A stretch of 64,000 nt of DNA, taken from positions 608,001 through 672,000 of the forward strand of contig OY776510.1 of assembly GCA_963675665.1 (NCBI GenBank). Reading direction: 5' to 3'. Source of the DNA: Spirochaetia bacterium. GTDB lineage: Bacteria > Spirochaetota > Spirochaetia > UBA9216. Position 1 is the first letter of the stretch; the number at the start of each line of letters is the position of its first letter. Position numbers and translations under genes: made by a program. Shown here piece after piece: positions 8,631 to 18,065 of this stretch. The notes under the pieces are model-generated. The model searched no databases. It was not told the origin of the DNA and saw nothing but the letters and a program-made list of their open reading frames with translations.

Positions 8631-9716
8631 ATGAATGAAAAAATTCCCGTAGGAATTCTCGGCGCAACCGGAATGGTCGGACAGAATTATGTTTCCCTGT
8701 TGGAAAACCACCCATGGTTTGAAGTCACCTTCCTGGCAGCCTCAGAACACTCGGCAGGACAGGAATATGCTTCTGCAATCAAAAAGCGGTGGAGAATGCC
8801 GGGCAAACCGCCCGAAGCCGTCGGAAAGCTTCCGGTATTTAATGTGAAAGACACAGCATCGGCCCAAAAAAAATGTCGATTGGTCTTTTCCGCTTTCTCC
8901 ATGAGCAAAAACGAAACCCTTCAACTGGAGCGGGAATATGCAGCAGCGGGAATGGCGGTGATATCGAACAATTCCGCGCACCGGTTGAAGGACAATGTTC
9001 CCATCATAATGCCCGAAGTTAATCCCGAACTGCTGGAAATTATCCCCGGACAACAACAGAAAGAAGGCTGGAACAAGGGCTTTATCGTTACAAAACCCAA
9101 TTGCGGGGTCCAGAGTTATGTTCTTCCTGTAGCGGCCCTGAAAAAGAGCGGACTGAAGATAGATCAGATTATCACAACCAATCTCCAGGCCCTGTCCGGT
9201 GCGGGTTATCCCGGACAATCCGCCCTGGATGTACTTGATAATCTCATTCCGCTTCCGTCGGAGGAAGAAAAGGCTTTTAACGAACCGCAAAAAATCTTCG
9301 GAAAACTGGAAGGAGACCGTATAGTCTCCGATCAGAATCTGAAGATATCATCCAACTGCGTCCGCGTCCCCGTCATAGACGGACACAGCAGCTGCGTCTG
9401 GTTCTCGGTTCAGGGAGCCCAACCGGAAATAGCCGAAATCGAGGATATTTTCCGAAATTTCCGGGGTGTACCCCAGGAACAGAACCTTCCTTCCGCGCCC
9501 CAACCGGTTCTGCGTTACACTCGCGATCCTTCACATCCCCAGCCCAGACTGGATCGAAACGCGGGAAACGGTATGGCCGTTACAATCGGCAGGCTTCAAA
9601 AAGCCCCGGTATTGGGATACCGCTTTACAGCCCTCTCCCACAATACCCTAAGAGGGGCTGCCGGAGGAGCAATTCTTACGGCAGAATTGCTGGTTTCGAG
9701 AGGATATGTTGCTTAG
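8631..9716 (+). CDS. asd: Aspartate-semialdehyde dehydrogenase
   Basis: GILGATGMVGQ, catalytic PNC, QALSGAG, RVPVIDGH, HNTLRGAAGGA; ATG at 8631 with a GGAGG SD. Confidence 0.96.
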   Translation: MNEKIPVGILGATGMVGQNYVSLLENHPWFEVTFLAASEHSAGQEYASAIKKRWRMPGKPPEAVGKLPVFNVKDTASAQKKCRLVFSAFSMSKNETLQLEREYAAAGMAVISNNSAHRLKDNVPIIMPEVNPELLEIIPGQQQKEGWNKGFIVTKPNCGVQSYVLPVAALKKSGLKIDQIITTNLQALSGAGYPGQSALDVLDNLIPLPSEEEKAFNEPQKIFGKLEGDRIVSDQNLKISSNCVRVPVIDGHSSCVWFSVQGAQPEIAEIEDIFRNFRGVPQEQNLPSAPQPVLRYTRDPSHPQPRLDRNAGNGMAVTIGRLQKAPVLGYRFTALSHNTLRGAAGGAILTAELLVSRGYVA

Positions 9717-9759
9717 GTTGAAGAAAGAATGCTGTTAAAACTCTTTCAAGACAGATAAA

Positions 9760-9791
9760 ATAAGCCCGCAGAATCCTGCCTGCGGGCTTAT
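9760..9791. terminator. Probable bidirectional terminator between convergent asd and the dehydrogenase gene
   Basis: ATAAGCCCGCAG...CTGCGGGCTTAT 12-bp stem flanked by A- and T-rich runs. Confidence 0.8.
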
Positions 9792-9814
9792 GCTTTTTAG
9801 ACAAAGACTCCCAA

Positions 9815-11089
9815 TCAGAATCCTGCTTTCAGACTCTTATCGTCAATAGCTTTCTTATATTCAGAATCCAGTTCCATCATTCCAACCGGAAACTTATAAC
9901 GTTCCATCCTTTCCATAAAAGGCTCTGAAGGAAAATTTTCCGGTCCAAGAACTCCCGCATCCTTCCAGATTCCCTTTGCTACCAGTTCCATCATAATAAC
10001 CGGGTTGAAAGCAGTCTGGGCAACAACAGCCTGGCTGCCGTACATCTTCATTGCTTCTTCATTATCAACAAGCTGGTAGATATAAACGGATCGTTCCTTT
10101 CCGTTTTTTATTCCCTTAATCCAGATTCCGGCGGACAACTGCCCTTTCATCAAATCGCCTATCTTTGCCGGGTCGGGTGAACATGCAGCAACAACATCGC
10201 GGGGAGAAACCTCAACCCCTTTAACATTAACTTTTTCAGTTTTATCAAGGCCAAGGGCTTCCAGGGTTTTCAGCACCCGTCTCATGTCACGGTCAACACC
10301 GAATTTAAAAGTTGCGCGCCTGAGTCCTTTTCCGGCAAAATAGCGCGGCAGCATCAAAACCTCTTCATGTTCGATATTAATAACCTCCTGATCGCCTACC
10401 GGTTCGGGGAATCTGAAGATCTCCGGCTCGGAAAAGGATTCGGTAACAAACCATCCCTTTTCTTTTTCCCATATTACCGGCGGGTTAAGACACTCTTCTA
10501 TCGTTGTCCAGATAGAAAAACCGAAAGCTATATCCAGCCCTTCAACCGTGAGATTATCAGCATCACGAACATTCAGCTCATGAATCTCGTCAAAAAGATG
10601 ATCATCCGCGTACCGGGAAAAAACATTTACCATTCCCGGTTCAACGCCTGAACCGCAGATAGCCATAAGGCCTTTCTTTTTCCACTCCTCATGCTTTGCA
10701 TACTGCAGGTCTCCAAGTTTAAGCGCTATAGTTCCATAAGGATCATTCGCATCTCGAACCGATAAACTCATTGCCATATCCATATACGTACAGCCGTATT
10801 CATAGGCCGCGTCAAAAATCGGCATATTAAAAACCGGATCACACGCATTCATAATAAAATCGACGCTGTATTTCTCAGCAAGCGCTTTAACCTCATTCTT
10901 GTTTCCTGCATCGATCTTTTCGGCCGTAAACCTGTCGTCTTTCAGCCCGGCAACAACCTCCTGCGCTCTTGCAAGGTTATAGTCGCAGACTATCATCTTT
11001 TCCATCCATTCAGCTTTTGTATCATTTTTTGATGCGATTGATGCAATCGCTGTTCCTACGCCCCCCGAACCTACCAATAATATCTTCAT
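9815..11089 (-). CDS. Saccharopine dehydrogenase-family oxidoreductase (polyamine/lysine-related)
   Basis: MKILLVGSGGVG Rossmann start with a GGAG SD; YMDMA, GSGVEPG, FSIWTTIEECLNPP, EHEEV. Confidence 0.88.
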   Translation of the reverse strand: MKILLVGSGGVGTAIASIASKNDTKAEWMEKMIVCDYNLARAQEVVAGLKDDRFTAEKIDAGNKNEVKALAEKYSVDFIMNACDPVFNMPIFDAAYEYGCTYMDMAMSLSVRDANDPYGTIALKLGDLQYAKHEEWKKKGLMAICGSGVEPGMVNVFSRYADDHLFDEIHELNVRDADNLTVEGLDIAFGFSIWTTIEECLNPPVIWEKEKGWFVTESFSEPEIFRFPEPVGDQEVINIEHEEVLMLPRYFAGKGLRRATFKFGVDRDMRRVLKTLEALGLDKTEKVNVKGVEVSPRDVVAACSPDPAKIGDLMKGQLSAGIWIKGIKNGKERSVYIYQLVDNEEAMKMYGSQAVVAQTAFNPVIMMELVAKGIWKDAGVLGPENFPSEPFMERMERYKFPVGMMELDSEYKKAIDDKSLKAGF

Positions 11090-11105
11090 ATTTATACTCC
11101 TGTTT

Positions 11106-11125
11106 TTGTTTGTATGTACAAACAA
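11106..11125. promoter_or_regulatory. Probable TetR (BetI-like) operator 1
   Basis: Perfect inverted repeat TTGTTTGTA-TG-TACAAACAA just upstream of the dehydrogenase SD. Confidence 0.7.
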
Positions 11126-11154
11126 TATTAAATCGAAAAAGAACCGATCCCCGG

Positions 11155-11757
11155 TCAATTCTTTTCAAGTTTCTCAAAATAAGAAATAAACATTTCCTTA
11201 ACAACAGAGGCAGCTGCATCTGTTTTTTTATCATCATTCAGAATTGAGTAATAATAACTGATTCCTTCACTCATCATGATAACAGCGGCTGAAACGGCTT
11301 CCGGATCCGCATCAATTCCGGAGTCTTTCAGTATTATATCCATTTCCCGCTTTACCGCAGAGGTGTCCCTGTTATAAAGATCTTCAAAACACTTGTTTAT
11401 CCGCTTGTTTCTCAAGCTCAGATTATATACATCATACCATACCCGGTCTTCAACAACCTGTCGGGAGAATTCCCACAGTCTTGCATCAAGTATTGCTTCT
11501 ATACGTTTTCGTGAATCAGTAATTTTATTATAATCGAGCATTACAGACTCATCATAGATTTCAACCATATAATCCGCAAGTGATTCAATAATATCATCTT
11601 TGGATTTAAAATAATGGGTAAGAAGGCTGGTCGCCACTCCCATATGTTCAGCAATCTTGGCCAGGGTTGTATTTTCCAACCCTTCTCTGCTTACTACCTC
11701 ATACGCGCTCTTTAAAATCTCGGGCCTTCGCTCGTCAGCCTTACTCTTTCGTCCCAT
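11155..11757 (-). CDS. TetR-family transcriptional regulator (BetI-like)
   Basis: MGRKSKADERRPEIL...TTLAKIAEHMGVATSLLTHYFKSKDDI TetR HTH. Confidence 0.92.
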   Translation of the reverse strand: MGRKSKADERRPEILKSAYEVVSREGLENTTLAKIAEHMGVATSLLTHYFKSKDDIIESLADYMVEIYDESVMLDYNKITDSRKRIEAILDARLWEFSRQVVEDRVWYDVYNLSLRNKRINKCFEDLYNRDTSAVKREMDIILKDSGIDADPEAVSAAVIMMSEGISYYYSILNDDKKTDAAASVVKEMFISYFEKLEKN

Positions 11758-11777
11758 TTACAACCGTCTATTATATA

Positions 11778-11825
11778 TTGTTTATACGTTCAATCTATTT
11801 TAATCTCTGCTTCGAGGATTGTCAA
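11778..11825 (-). promoter_or_regulatory. tetR promoter with adjacent operator 2
   Basis: Minus strand TTGACA-N17-TAAAAT (11825-11797), followed by TTGTTTATACGTTCAATCTA (11778-11797), 15/20 identical to operator 1. Confidence 0.68.
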
Positions 11826-11869
11826 GATTGTTTTCAAATACTATTCTATTATACACGAGGAGTTGATAT

Positions 11870-12685
11870 ATGAAAACAGAATTTACCTTATCTAACGGAA
11901 ACCTTATGCCTGCAATAGGCCTTGGCACATTCCGGATAGAAGACAACAGGATTGCTGCAGAAACGGTAAAAGCAGCCGTCGAGACAGGTTACCGTCATAT
12001 AGATACCGCCGCCGTCTACGGAAACGAAGAAGGGGTCGGCAAAGGTATAAAGGAGTGCGGCATAGCCCGTGAAAAAATATTTATTACAACCAAAATCTGG
12101 AATGAAAACCTGAGATCGGGGAAAATAAAAGAGGCTTTTCAGGAGAGCCTTAACCGGCTTGATACTGATTACGTTGATCTTTTACTTGTACACTGGCCAA
12201 CCGGAAACTACACCGAATACTGGAAACAGTTTGAGGATTTACACAGGGAAGGCCTGGTCAGGAATATTGGTGTTTCAAATTTCACCGTAAACATGCTGAA
12301 TGAGCTGCTGGACAGCTGTGAGATAAAACCAGCAGTAAACCAGGTTGAGCTGCATCCGCTTTTAACCCAGAAACCGCTTCTGAAGTACTGCAATAAAAAC
12401 AGGATTACATTGACCGCATGGTCCGGGTTCATGGTAGGCGAACTTCTGGAAAACCCTCAGATTTTAAAACTTGCTGAAAAATATAAAAAAACAGCAGCCC
12501 AGGTTATTCTAAGATGGAACTTTCAGAACGGGATTATAAATATACCAAAATCAGTACATAAAGAAAGAATGGCCGAAAATCTGAACATATTTGATTTTAC
12601 CATGGAACAGGACGACCTTTCACTAATCGACTCCATGAACCGGGACTTAAGAAAAGGTCCGGATCCCGAGAATTTTGGTTTCTGA
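11870..12685 (+). CDS. Aldo/keto reductase (2,5-diketo-D-gluconate reductase-like)
   Basis: GLGTF, GYRHIDTAAVYGNE, TTKIW, LLLVHWP, IGVSNF, VNQVELHP, IPKS. Confidence 0.95.
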   Translation: MKTEFTLSNGNLMPAIGLGTFRIEDNRIAAETVKAAVETGYRHIDTAAVYGNEEGVGKGIKECGIAREKIFITTKIWNENLRSGKIKEAFQESLNRLDTDYVDLLLVHWPTGNYTEYWKQFEDLHREGLVRNIGVSNFTVNMLNELLDSCEIKPAVNQVELHPLLTQKPLLKYCNKNRITLTAWSGFMVGELLENPQILKLAEKYKKTAAQVILRWNFQNGIINIPKSVHKERMAENLNIFDFTMEQDDLSLIDSMNRDLRKGPDPENFGF

Positions 12686-12762
12686 ACCCCTTAAATGTCA
12701 AAAGAGAATGAGTTTGCGGATCATAACTTGCTTTTCAGCATATTATTTATTATCTATAGATT

Positions 12763-14187
12763 ATGACTAATCCGTTAAGGAGGACATCCCGTTCTCTTTT
12801 GATTCTGATATTTTTAAATGTTGTTCTCATCGTTCTGTTCTCATTTCGACTTCAGTCGCAGTTTGAGCAATCAAGTATTGATCTCAGGAAAAAAGAACTT
12901 AAAAGACTGGTAACCGTAGGTCTTCACAGTATAGAAAATTATCGTAATGATTATGCCGCCGGTCTTTTAACCAAAGAAAAAACACTTGAACTAATCACTA
13001 ATCATGTAAGAAGTCTTACATACGACGATGAACTGCAGCCGAATTATCTTTTCATGAGCAGTTATGACGGAATTATGCTGGTTCAACCCTTTGAACCCGA
13101 AAAGGAAGGCTCTAATCAATGGAATTTAAAAGATTCCGACGGCGGGTTTATTATCCGGAAACTGATTGACCAGGCAAAACGAGAACCGGGATATGTGTTT
13201 TATAATTACTTTCCGCCTGGTTCTGAGGTTCCGCAGATGAAGATTTCATATGTGGAAGGCCTGCAGGAACTTGAATGCTATATAGGAACAGGAATGTATA
13301 TATCGGACATAAAAACTCTTGTTAATGTTCACTTCAGGCAAACACTGCTTTTATACCTGCTGGTTTCCGGAATACTGATAATCAGCGCAATAGTTTATAT
13401 TCTGCCGCTGATTAATTCGGTTCAGTATATTGCCCGAAAGTTTGTGAACCTTGGAGAGGGTATTTTAACCGAAGCCCCGGAAATTTCTCCTGAAAGATTC
13501 AGAAAGGGCAGTGATTCTTACCGATTGGTGGAAGAGTTTTCAAAGATTACAGAACAGCTTGTTAACAGCAATAATAAATTATTAAAAACCACCGAAGAAC
13601 GCGGGTTTCTTGTAAAAGAAATGAATCACCGGGTTAAAAATAATCTTCAGATCATCATTTCACTTCTCAGGATACAGCAGGAGCAGAACGAAGATGAAAC
13701 AATAAAAAAAGCCTTTCTCGAATCAATCACAAGGCTTGAATCGATCAGCATCATACACAAGATGCTTTATTCCGGCGGAGATATCTCGACAATATCAGGC
13801 GAACGTTATCTGAAAGAACTGGTCGGTTTTATGATTCACAGCTATGGAGCCGAGGACAGAGTTGCTGTTGAATATGATACCGACAGCACGCTGTTGTCAA
13901 TGGAAAAAGCCGTACCGCTGGGAATAATTACCAACGAGGCCGTCACCAATTCAATTAAGTATGCTTTTCCTTCAGGCGGAAAGGGATCCATAAATATCCG
14001 GCTGAAATCGGAAAACAATAAAAAACATTATACAATCAGTGATAACGGGCCGGGCATTGATCTGACCCGGCTAAAAGAAAAAAGTTCCAGCCTCGGGATC
14101 AACCTGATCAGAAACCTGGCTAAACAGCTGAACGGAGAACTTACAATGAACACCGACGGAGGAACATCGTACACTATTGTATGGTAA
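12763..14187 (+). CDS. Cache-domain sensor histidine kinase (HisKA_2 type), no cognate regulator nearby
   Basis: TM-Cache_2 (YLF...MLVQP...D.DG.FII)-TM; EMNHRVKNNLQ H-box; NEAVTNSIKYAF; DNGPG. Confidence 0.9.
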   Translation: MTNPLRRTSRSLLILIFLNVVLIVLFSFRLQSQFEQSSIDLRKKELKRLVTVGLHSIENYRNDYAAGLLTKEKTLELITNHVRSLTYDDELQPNYLFMSSYDGIMLVQPFEPEKEGSNQWNLKDSDGGFIIRKLIDQAKREPGYVFYNYFPPGSEVPQMKISYVEGLQELECYIGTGMYISDIKTLVNVHFRQTLLLYLLVSGILIISAIVYILPLINSVQYIARKFVNLGEGILTEAPEISPERFRKGSDSYRLVEEFSKITEQLVNSNNKLLKTTEERGFLVKEMNHRVKNNLQIIISLLRIQQEQNEDETIKKAFLESITRLESISIIHKMLYSGGDISTISGERYLKELVGFMIHSYGAEDRVAVEYDTDSTLLSMEKAVPLGIITNEAVTNSIKYAFPSGGKGSINIRLKSENNKKHYTISDNGPGIDLTRLKEKSSSLGINLIRNLAKQLNGELTMNTDGGTSYTIVW

Positions 14188-14197
14188 AATACCTGTT

Positions 14198-15085
14198 ATG
14201 AAAATATTACTGACCGGCGCTTCCGGATTATTAGGCCGAACTCTATTAAGGGATCTGAAAGCCTCGAAAAAACCGTTCGACGTTACAGGCGCAGCTTTCT
14301 CAAGAGCTGCAGAACCTCTAAGAAAAATTGATCTTACCGACAGGTCTTCTACATTGAAATTCATCGCCGGGCTGTCCCCGGACCTGATTATCCATGCTGC
14401 CGCCGAACGAAAACCGGACATAGTTCAGGCCCGGCCGGAAGCGGCTAATAAAATCAACGTTGAAGCTACCGAAACTGTAGCGCTGGCTGCGGAAAACTGT
14501 GGCGCGGCTGTTTTATACATGTCGACAAATTATATTTTTGACGGTAAAAATCCGCCTTATTACCCCGAATCCGTTCCGAATCCGCTTAATGCATACGGCA
14601 GAATGAAACTGGCCGGGGAAAAGAAAATACTGGAATTATGCTCAAAACCGGTCATTCTGCGCATACCGGTACTGTACGGCAATGTCGAGTATCCCGGAGA
14701 AAGTCCGATAACAATAATTGCGGAGAACATGAAACCGGACAAAGCTACCTTTTTTGATAACACTTTGATGCGTTATCCGACCCATGTCGCAGATGTTTCC
14801 GGGGTTATCTGCGGTCTTGCATACATGCTCAGCGAAGGCAAAAACATTGAAGGGATCTACCACTGGGGAAGCAGCAAGGCTTATACAAAATTCGAAATTG
14901 CACAAATTATTGCCGAAATTTCGGGAATAAATAAGGATCTAATCAGGGAAGCAGCTCCTGATCCGAATGCGGCCCCCCGTCCGAAAAACGCGGAACTTAA
15001 TACGGAACGGCTTCGCAGCCTTGGTCTTGGCAGCGAAACCGATTTTGTTTCAGCCATAAAAAGCATACTGGATGATTTTAAATGA
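14198..15085 (+). CDS. RmlD/MAT2B-like extended SDR (dTDP-4-dehydrorhamnose reductase family)
   Basis: LTGASGLLG, HAAAERKPD, STNYIFDG, YGRMK (YxxxK), RIPVLYG, RYPTHV. Confidence 0.87.
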   Translation: MKILLTGASGLLGRTLLRDLKASKKPFDVTGAAFSRAAEPLRKIDLTDRSSTLKFIAGLSPDLIIHAAAERKPDIVQARPEAANKINVEATETVALAAENCGAAVLYMSTNYIFDGKNPPYYPESVPNPLNAYGRMKLAGEKKILELCSKPVILRIPVLYGNVEYPGESPITIIAENMKPDKATFFDNTLMRYPTHVADVSGVICGLAYMLSEGKNIEGIYHWGSSKAYTKFEIAQIIAEISGINKDLIREAAPDPNAAPRPKNAELNTERLRSLGLGSETDFVSAIKSILDDFK

Positions 15086-16020
15086 ATAAAAATCCGGACA
15101 TTATCTGCTGCGGTCACGCTGCATATGATCTCAATTTCATAATGGATGAATATCCTGTTGAAGATGAAAAATACAAGATTGACGAATTAATTCAAACCGG
15201 CGGCGGGCCGGCGGCAAACGCCGCAAGCCTGCTGGCCTTATGGGGCGTTAAGACAGCCTTTGCCGGTCTTGCAGGAGACGACATTTACGGCCGGCTGATA
15301 AAAGAAGAACTGGTTGAAGCCGGTGTAGATATATCTCTTCTGCAGCTGGATAAAAATAAAAACACCCCGTTGTCGGCTGTAATTGTAAACACTGCAACCG
15401 GCAGCCGGACCCTTCTCAACCGCCGCAATTCCACGGACCAACCCGCGGTATCTGCCGAAACAACGGCATTGTTGTCGCAGATGACGCCGACGGTTCTTCA
15501 TTTTGACGGACATGCTCTTGATCTGAGCTTAAAAATGATTAAACTTTTTCCGGAGGCAAAGATTGTAATGGATGCGGGATCTCTCCGTCCTTCAACAGAT
15601 CGCCTCTGCGCCGCAGCCGATTATGCTGTCTGCAGCAGGAAATATGCTGAAGAAGCCTCCGGCCTGGAAGACATTGTAAGCGAAGAAGGTCGAAGACGCT
15701 GCCTTGGTATGCTTTCAAAAAAATATCCGGGCTGCATAATCGTCACCCTGGGTGCCAAAGGCCTGTTTTGCGGAAATCGCAATGCCTCGGGAGAGCCGGT
15801 TCTGCAAAGTGTTAACGCGTTCAGAGTAAAGGCCGTCGACTCAACCGGCGCAGGGGACATATTTCACGCAGCCTTCTCCTACGGCCTGCTGAAAGGTTTC
15901 AGCCTGGAGAAAAACCTGCGTTTCTCATCCGCTGCAGCCGCGTTATCAGTTACAAAACCGGGCGGCAGAACATCCATTCCGTCACTTGAAGACACTGCCG
16001 CGCTTGCCGGACGGACGTAA
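15082..16020 (+). CDS. PfkB-family carbohydrate kinase
   Basis: GGGPAANAA, GDD.YG, VTLGAKG, DSTGAGDIF. Confidence 0.92.
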   Translation: MNKNPDIICCGHAAYDLNFIMDEYPVEDEKYKIDELIQTGGGPAANAASLLALWGVKTAFAGLAGDDIYGRLIKEELVEAGVDISLLQLDKNKNTPLSAVIVNTATGSRTLLNRRNSTDQPAVSAETTALLSQMTPTVLHFDGHALDLSLKMIKLFPEAKIVMDAGSLRPSTDRLCAAADYAVCSRKYAEEASGLEDIVSEEGRRRCLGMLSKKYPGCIIVTLGAKGLFCGNRNASGEPVLQSVNAFRVKAVDSTGAGDIFHAAFSYGLLKGFSLEKNLRFSSAAAALSVTKPGGRTSIPSLEDTAALAGRT

Positions 16021-16027
16021 AAGCAGT

Positions 16028-18025
16028 TTACGGAATTATCGAGATGCCGCCTGTCAGGCCGCCGGAAAGGCTGTCGAAACCGGCGAAAGAAGCAATTTTC
16101 AGCGGTTTAAGTCCGATCAGCGACAAGTCCATGGACAACGACAAGCCCGAACTCCACAGATACTGATCAAACCATCCTGTTTCGGTAAATATTCCAATTT
16201 CTATTTCCTTAAACATAAACAGTTCGGCAACCGCCGGTCTGAAATTATAAGGGTTCAGGACTATTTCGGCTGACGCAAAATTTACGCTTGTATATTCGCC
16301 CGGATTAACCGTTGAGCGCATTCCGTCCCGCAGATAATATGAGGAAACTCCTCCGGACACAGGTCTGCGTGTAAATCCGCGGCTGTCTACCCGAAAAAGG
16401 CCCGAGGTTCCCGGAACAGGTACTGAAACTTCAAGATCAGCAAAAATTACTGCATTGTCGGCATTGAACACTCCAGCCTGATTGGGCAGCTGTCCTCCGA
16501 AAAACAGGGCAGCGCGGTAATTTTCTTCGGAGATTTGATTTGAATCAGCCGAAAAACCGGCCTGCAGCGTAAGAAGCGAATCAGCCGGAACAGAAACCCC
16601 GTTAATTGCAAGCTCTCCCGAGCCGAGCAAAGCAAGGCGGAAATGTTCTGTTGCAAGCGGAACAAAGTCTATCCCTGCATAGACATCGGATGAATTCCAG
16701 AAATCCTGCAGGGTTTTCGTGTCATCAAATAATACTGCCGGATTTCCAAGCCGCAATGTATATTCTGCATCAATCCTTATCGCATGGGCAATATCCCGGG
16801 AAATGTTAAAATCAACAACCGGAAAAATCTCCGAAAACTGCGACATATCTATTCCTGCACCGGCAGACGCTGCCGCCGAGAAATATCCGTACGAAAAATC
16901 AATTCCCGCCGTCAGATGGAGGTCATCATTCAGATACCTCGGGCTTCCCGGACTGCTGAAAATTCCAAGCCCGGCTGTAACAAGAGCTGTCGGTTCAAGT
17001 ACCGGTATTGATTCAAGTTTTCTGTAACGTTCAACTGCTTCTTGTATCCTGACGGAAAGACCCTGACGGATTTCTTCAAGTTCTTCCGTCATACCCGACG
17101 CGTCCAAAGACAGAAGACGGCTGCTCATGTCATACGCGGATTCATACCCTGCAGCCTGAATCTCAACCAGACTGCCGAATTCCATGAATGAAAAAGACTC
17201 CACATTGCAGCGGATAAGCAGAGGCTCATATTGTTTTATCTGTGAAACCCCGGTTCTGCTTTTACCGATATCCAGGGCCACGTTTATATTGGTAATAGGG
17301 TTTCTTAAATTCAGCTTCGGGTTCTGATAAAACGCAGTTGAGGCTATCACTGTATCAGAATATTCATAAGCCGCATCCAGCGGCACAAGATTTGCAATTC
17401 CGCCGTCTATCAACAGGTGATCACTATATTCAACCGGATCAAAATATACCGGCAGCGCATATGCAGCCCGCATAACCTTCATAAAATCGCCTTCCGCAAT
17501 TCTGACAAGACGCTTGGTTTTAAGATCCTCGCAGAGAACCATTACCGGAATCGGCAGATCCTTCAGATCAATATTTCCGGTATAGTTGTACAGCAAACCG
17601 GAAAACCTGCTCACATCTATAATTCCGCCTTTAACCGGCATTGCAACCCTGAAAAGTTCCGCTATGTCCGTAGACTGAATAATCTCAGAAATCTGATCCG
17701 GAGAAAAGCCTGCTCCGTAAAGCAATCCCACTATTGAGCCCATGGAATTGGCAATAATAAAATCCGGAACAATACCAAGCTCTTCCATACGCCTGAGAAC
17801 GCCTATGTGAGCAAACGCCCTGGCTGACCCTCCGCTGAGAACGAGTCCGACAGGTTCACGACCTTCAGCCTTCCTGGTTATACGGCTGATAAATTGATCT
17901 TCTCCATATGTAAAAGGAATATCCGCCATCATGATTTGATCGTTATCCGGTGTTTCCGCAGAGATGTAAACTGAACAGACAACCGCGTTAATTAAAAGCA
18001 ATATAATTACTATTCTGTTTTTCAT
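16028..18025 (-). CDS. Secreted patatin-like phospholipase with a C-terminal beta-rich domain
   Basis: Signal peptide; LSGGSARAFAHIG; nucleophile elbow ANSMG; DGG. Confidence 0.85.
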   Translation of the reverse strand: MKNRIVIILLLINAVVCSVYISAETPDNDQIMMADIPFTYGEDQFISRITRKAEGREPVGLVLSGGSARAFAHIGVLRRMEELGIVPDFIIANSMGSIVGLLYGAGFSPDQISEIIQSTDIAELFRVAMPVKGGIIDVSRFSGLLYNYTGNIDLKDLPIPVMVLCEDLKTKRLVRIAEGDFMKVMRAAYALPVYFDPVEYSDHLLIDGGIANLVPLDAAYEYSDTVIASTAFYQNPKLNLRNPITNINVALDIGKSRTGVSQIKQYEPLLIRCNVESFSFMEFGSLVEIQAAGYESAYDMSSRLLSLDASGMTEELEEIRQGLSVRIQEAVERYRKLESIPVLEPTALVTAGLGIFSSPGSPRYLNDDLHLTAGIDFSYGYFSAAASAGAGIDMSQFSEIFPVVDFNISRDIAHAIRIDAEYTLRLGNPAVLFDDTKTLQDFWNSSDVYAGIDFVPLATEHFRLALLGSGELAINGVSVPADSLLTLQAGFSADSNQISEENYRAALFFGGQLPNQAGVFNADNAVIFADLEVSVPVPGTSGLFRVDSRGFTRRPVSGGVSSYYLRDGMRSTVNPGEYTSVNFASAEIVLNPYNFRPAVAELFMFKEIEIGIFTETGWFDQYLWSSGLSLSMDLSLIGLKPLKIASFAGFDSLSGGLTGGISIIP

Positions 18026-18065
18026 GCAGAGACTATATCATAAATATGTTATAATATTCAGACCT

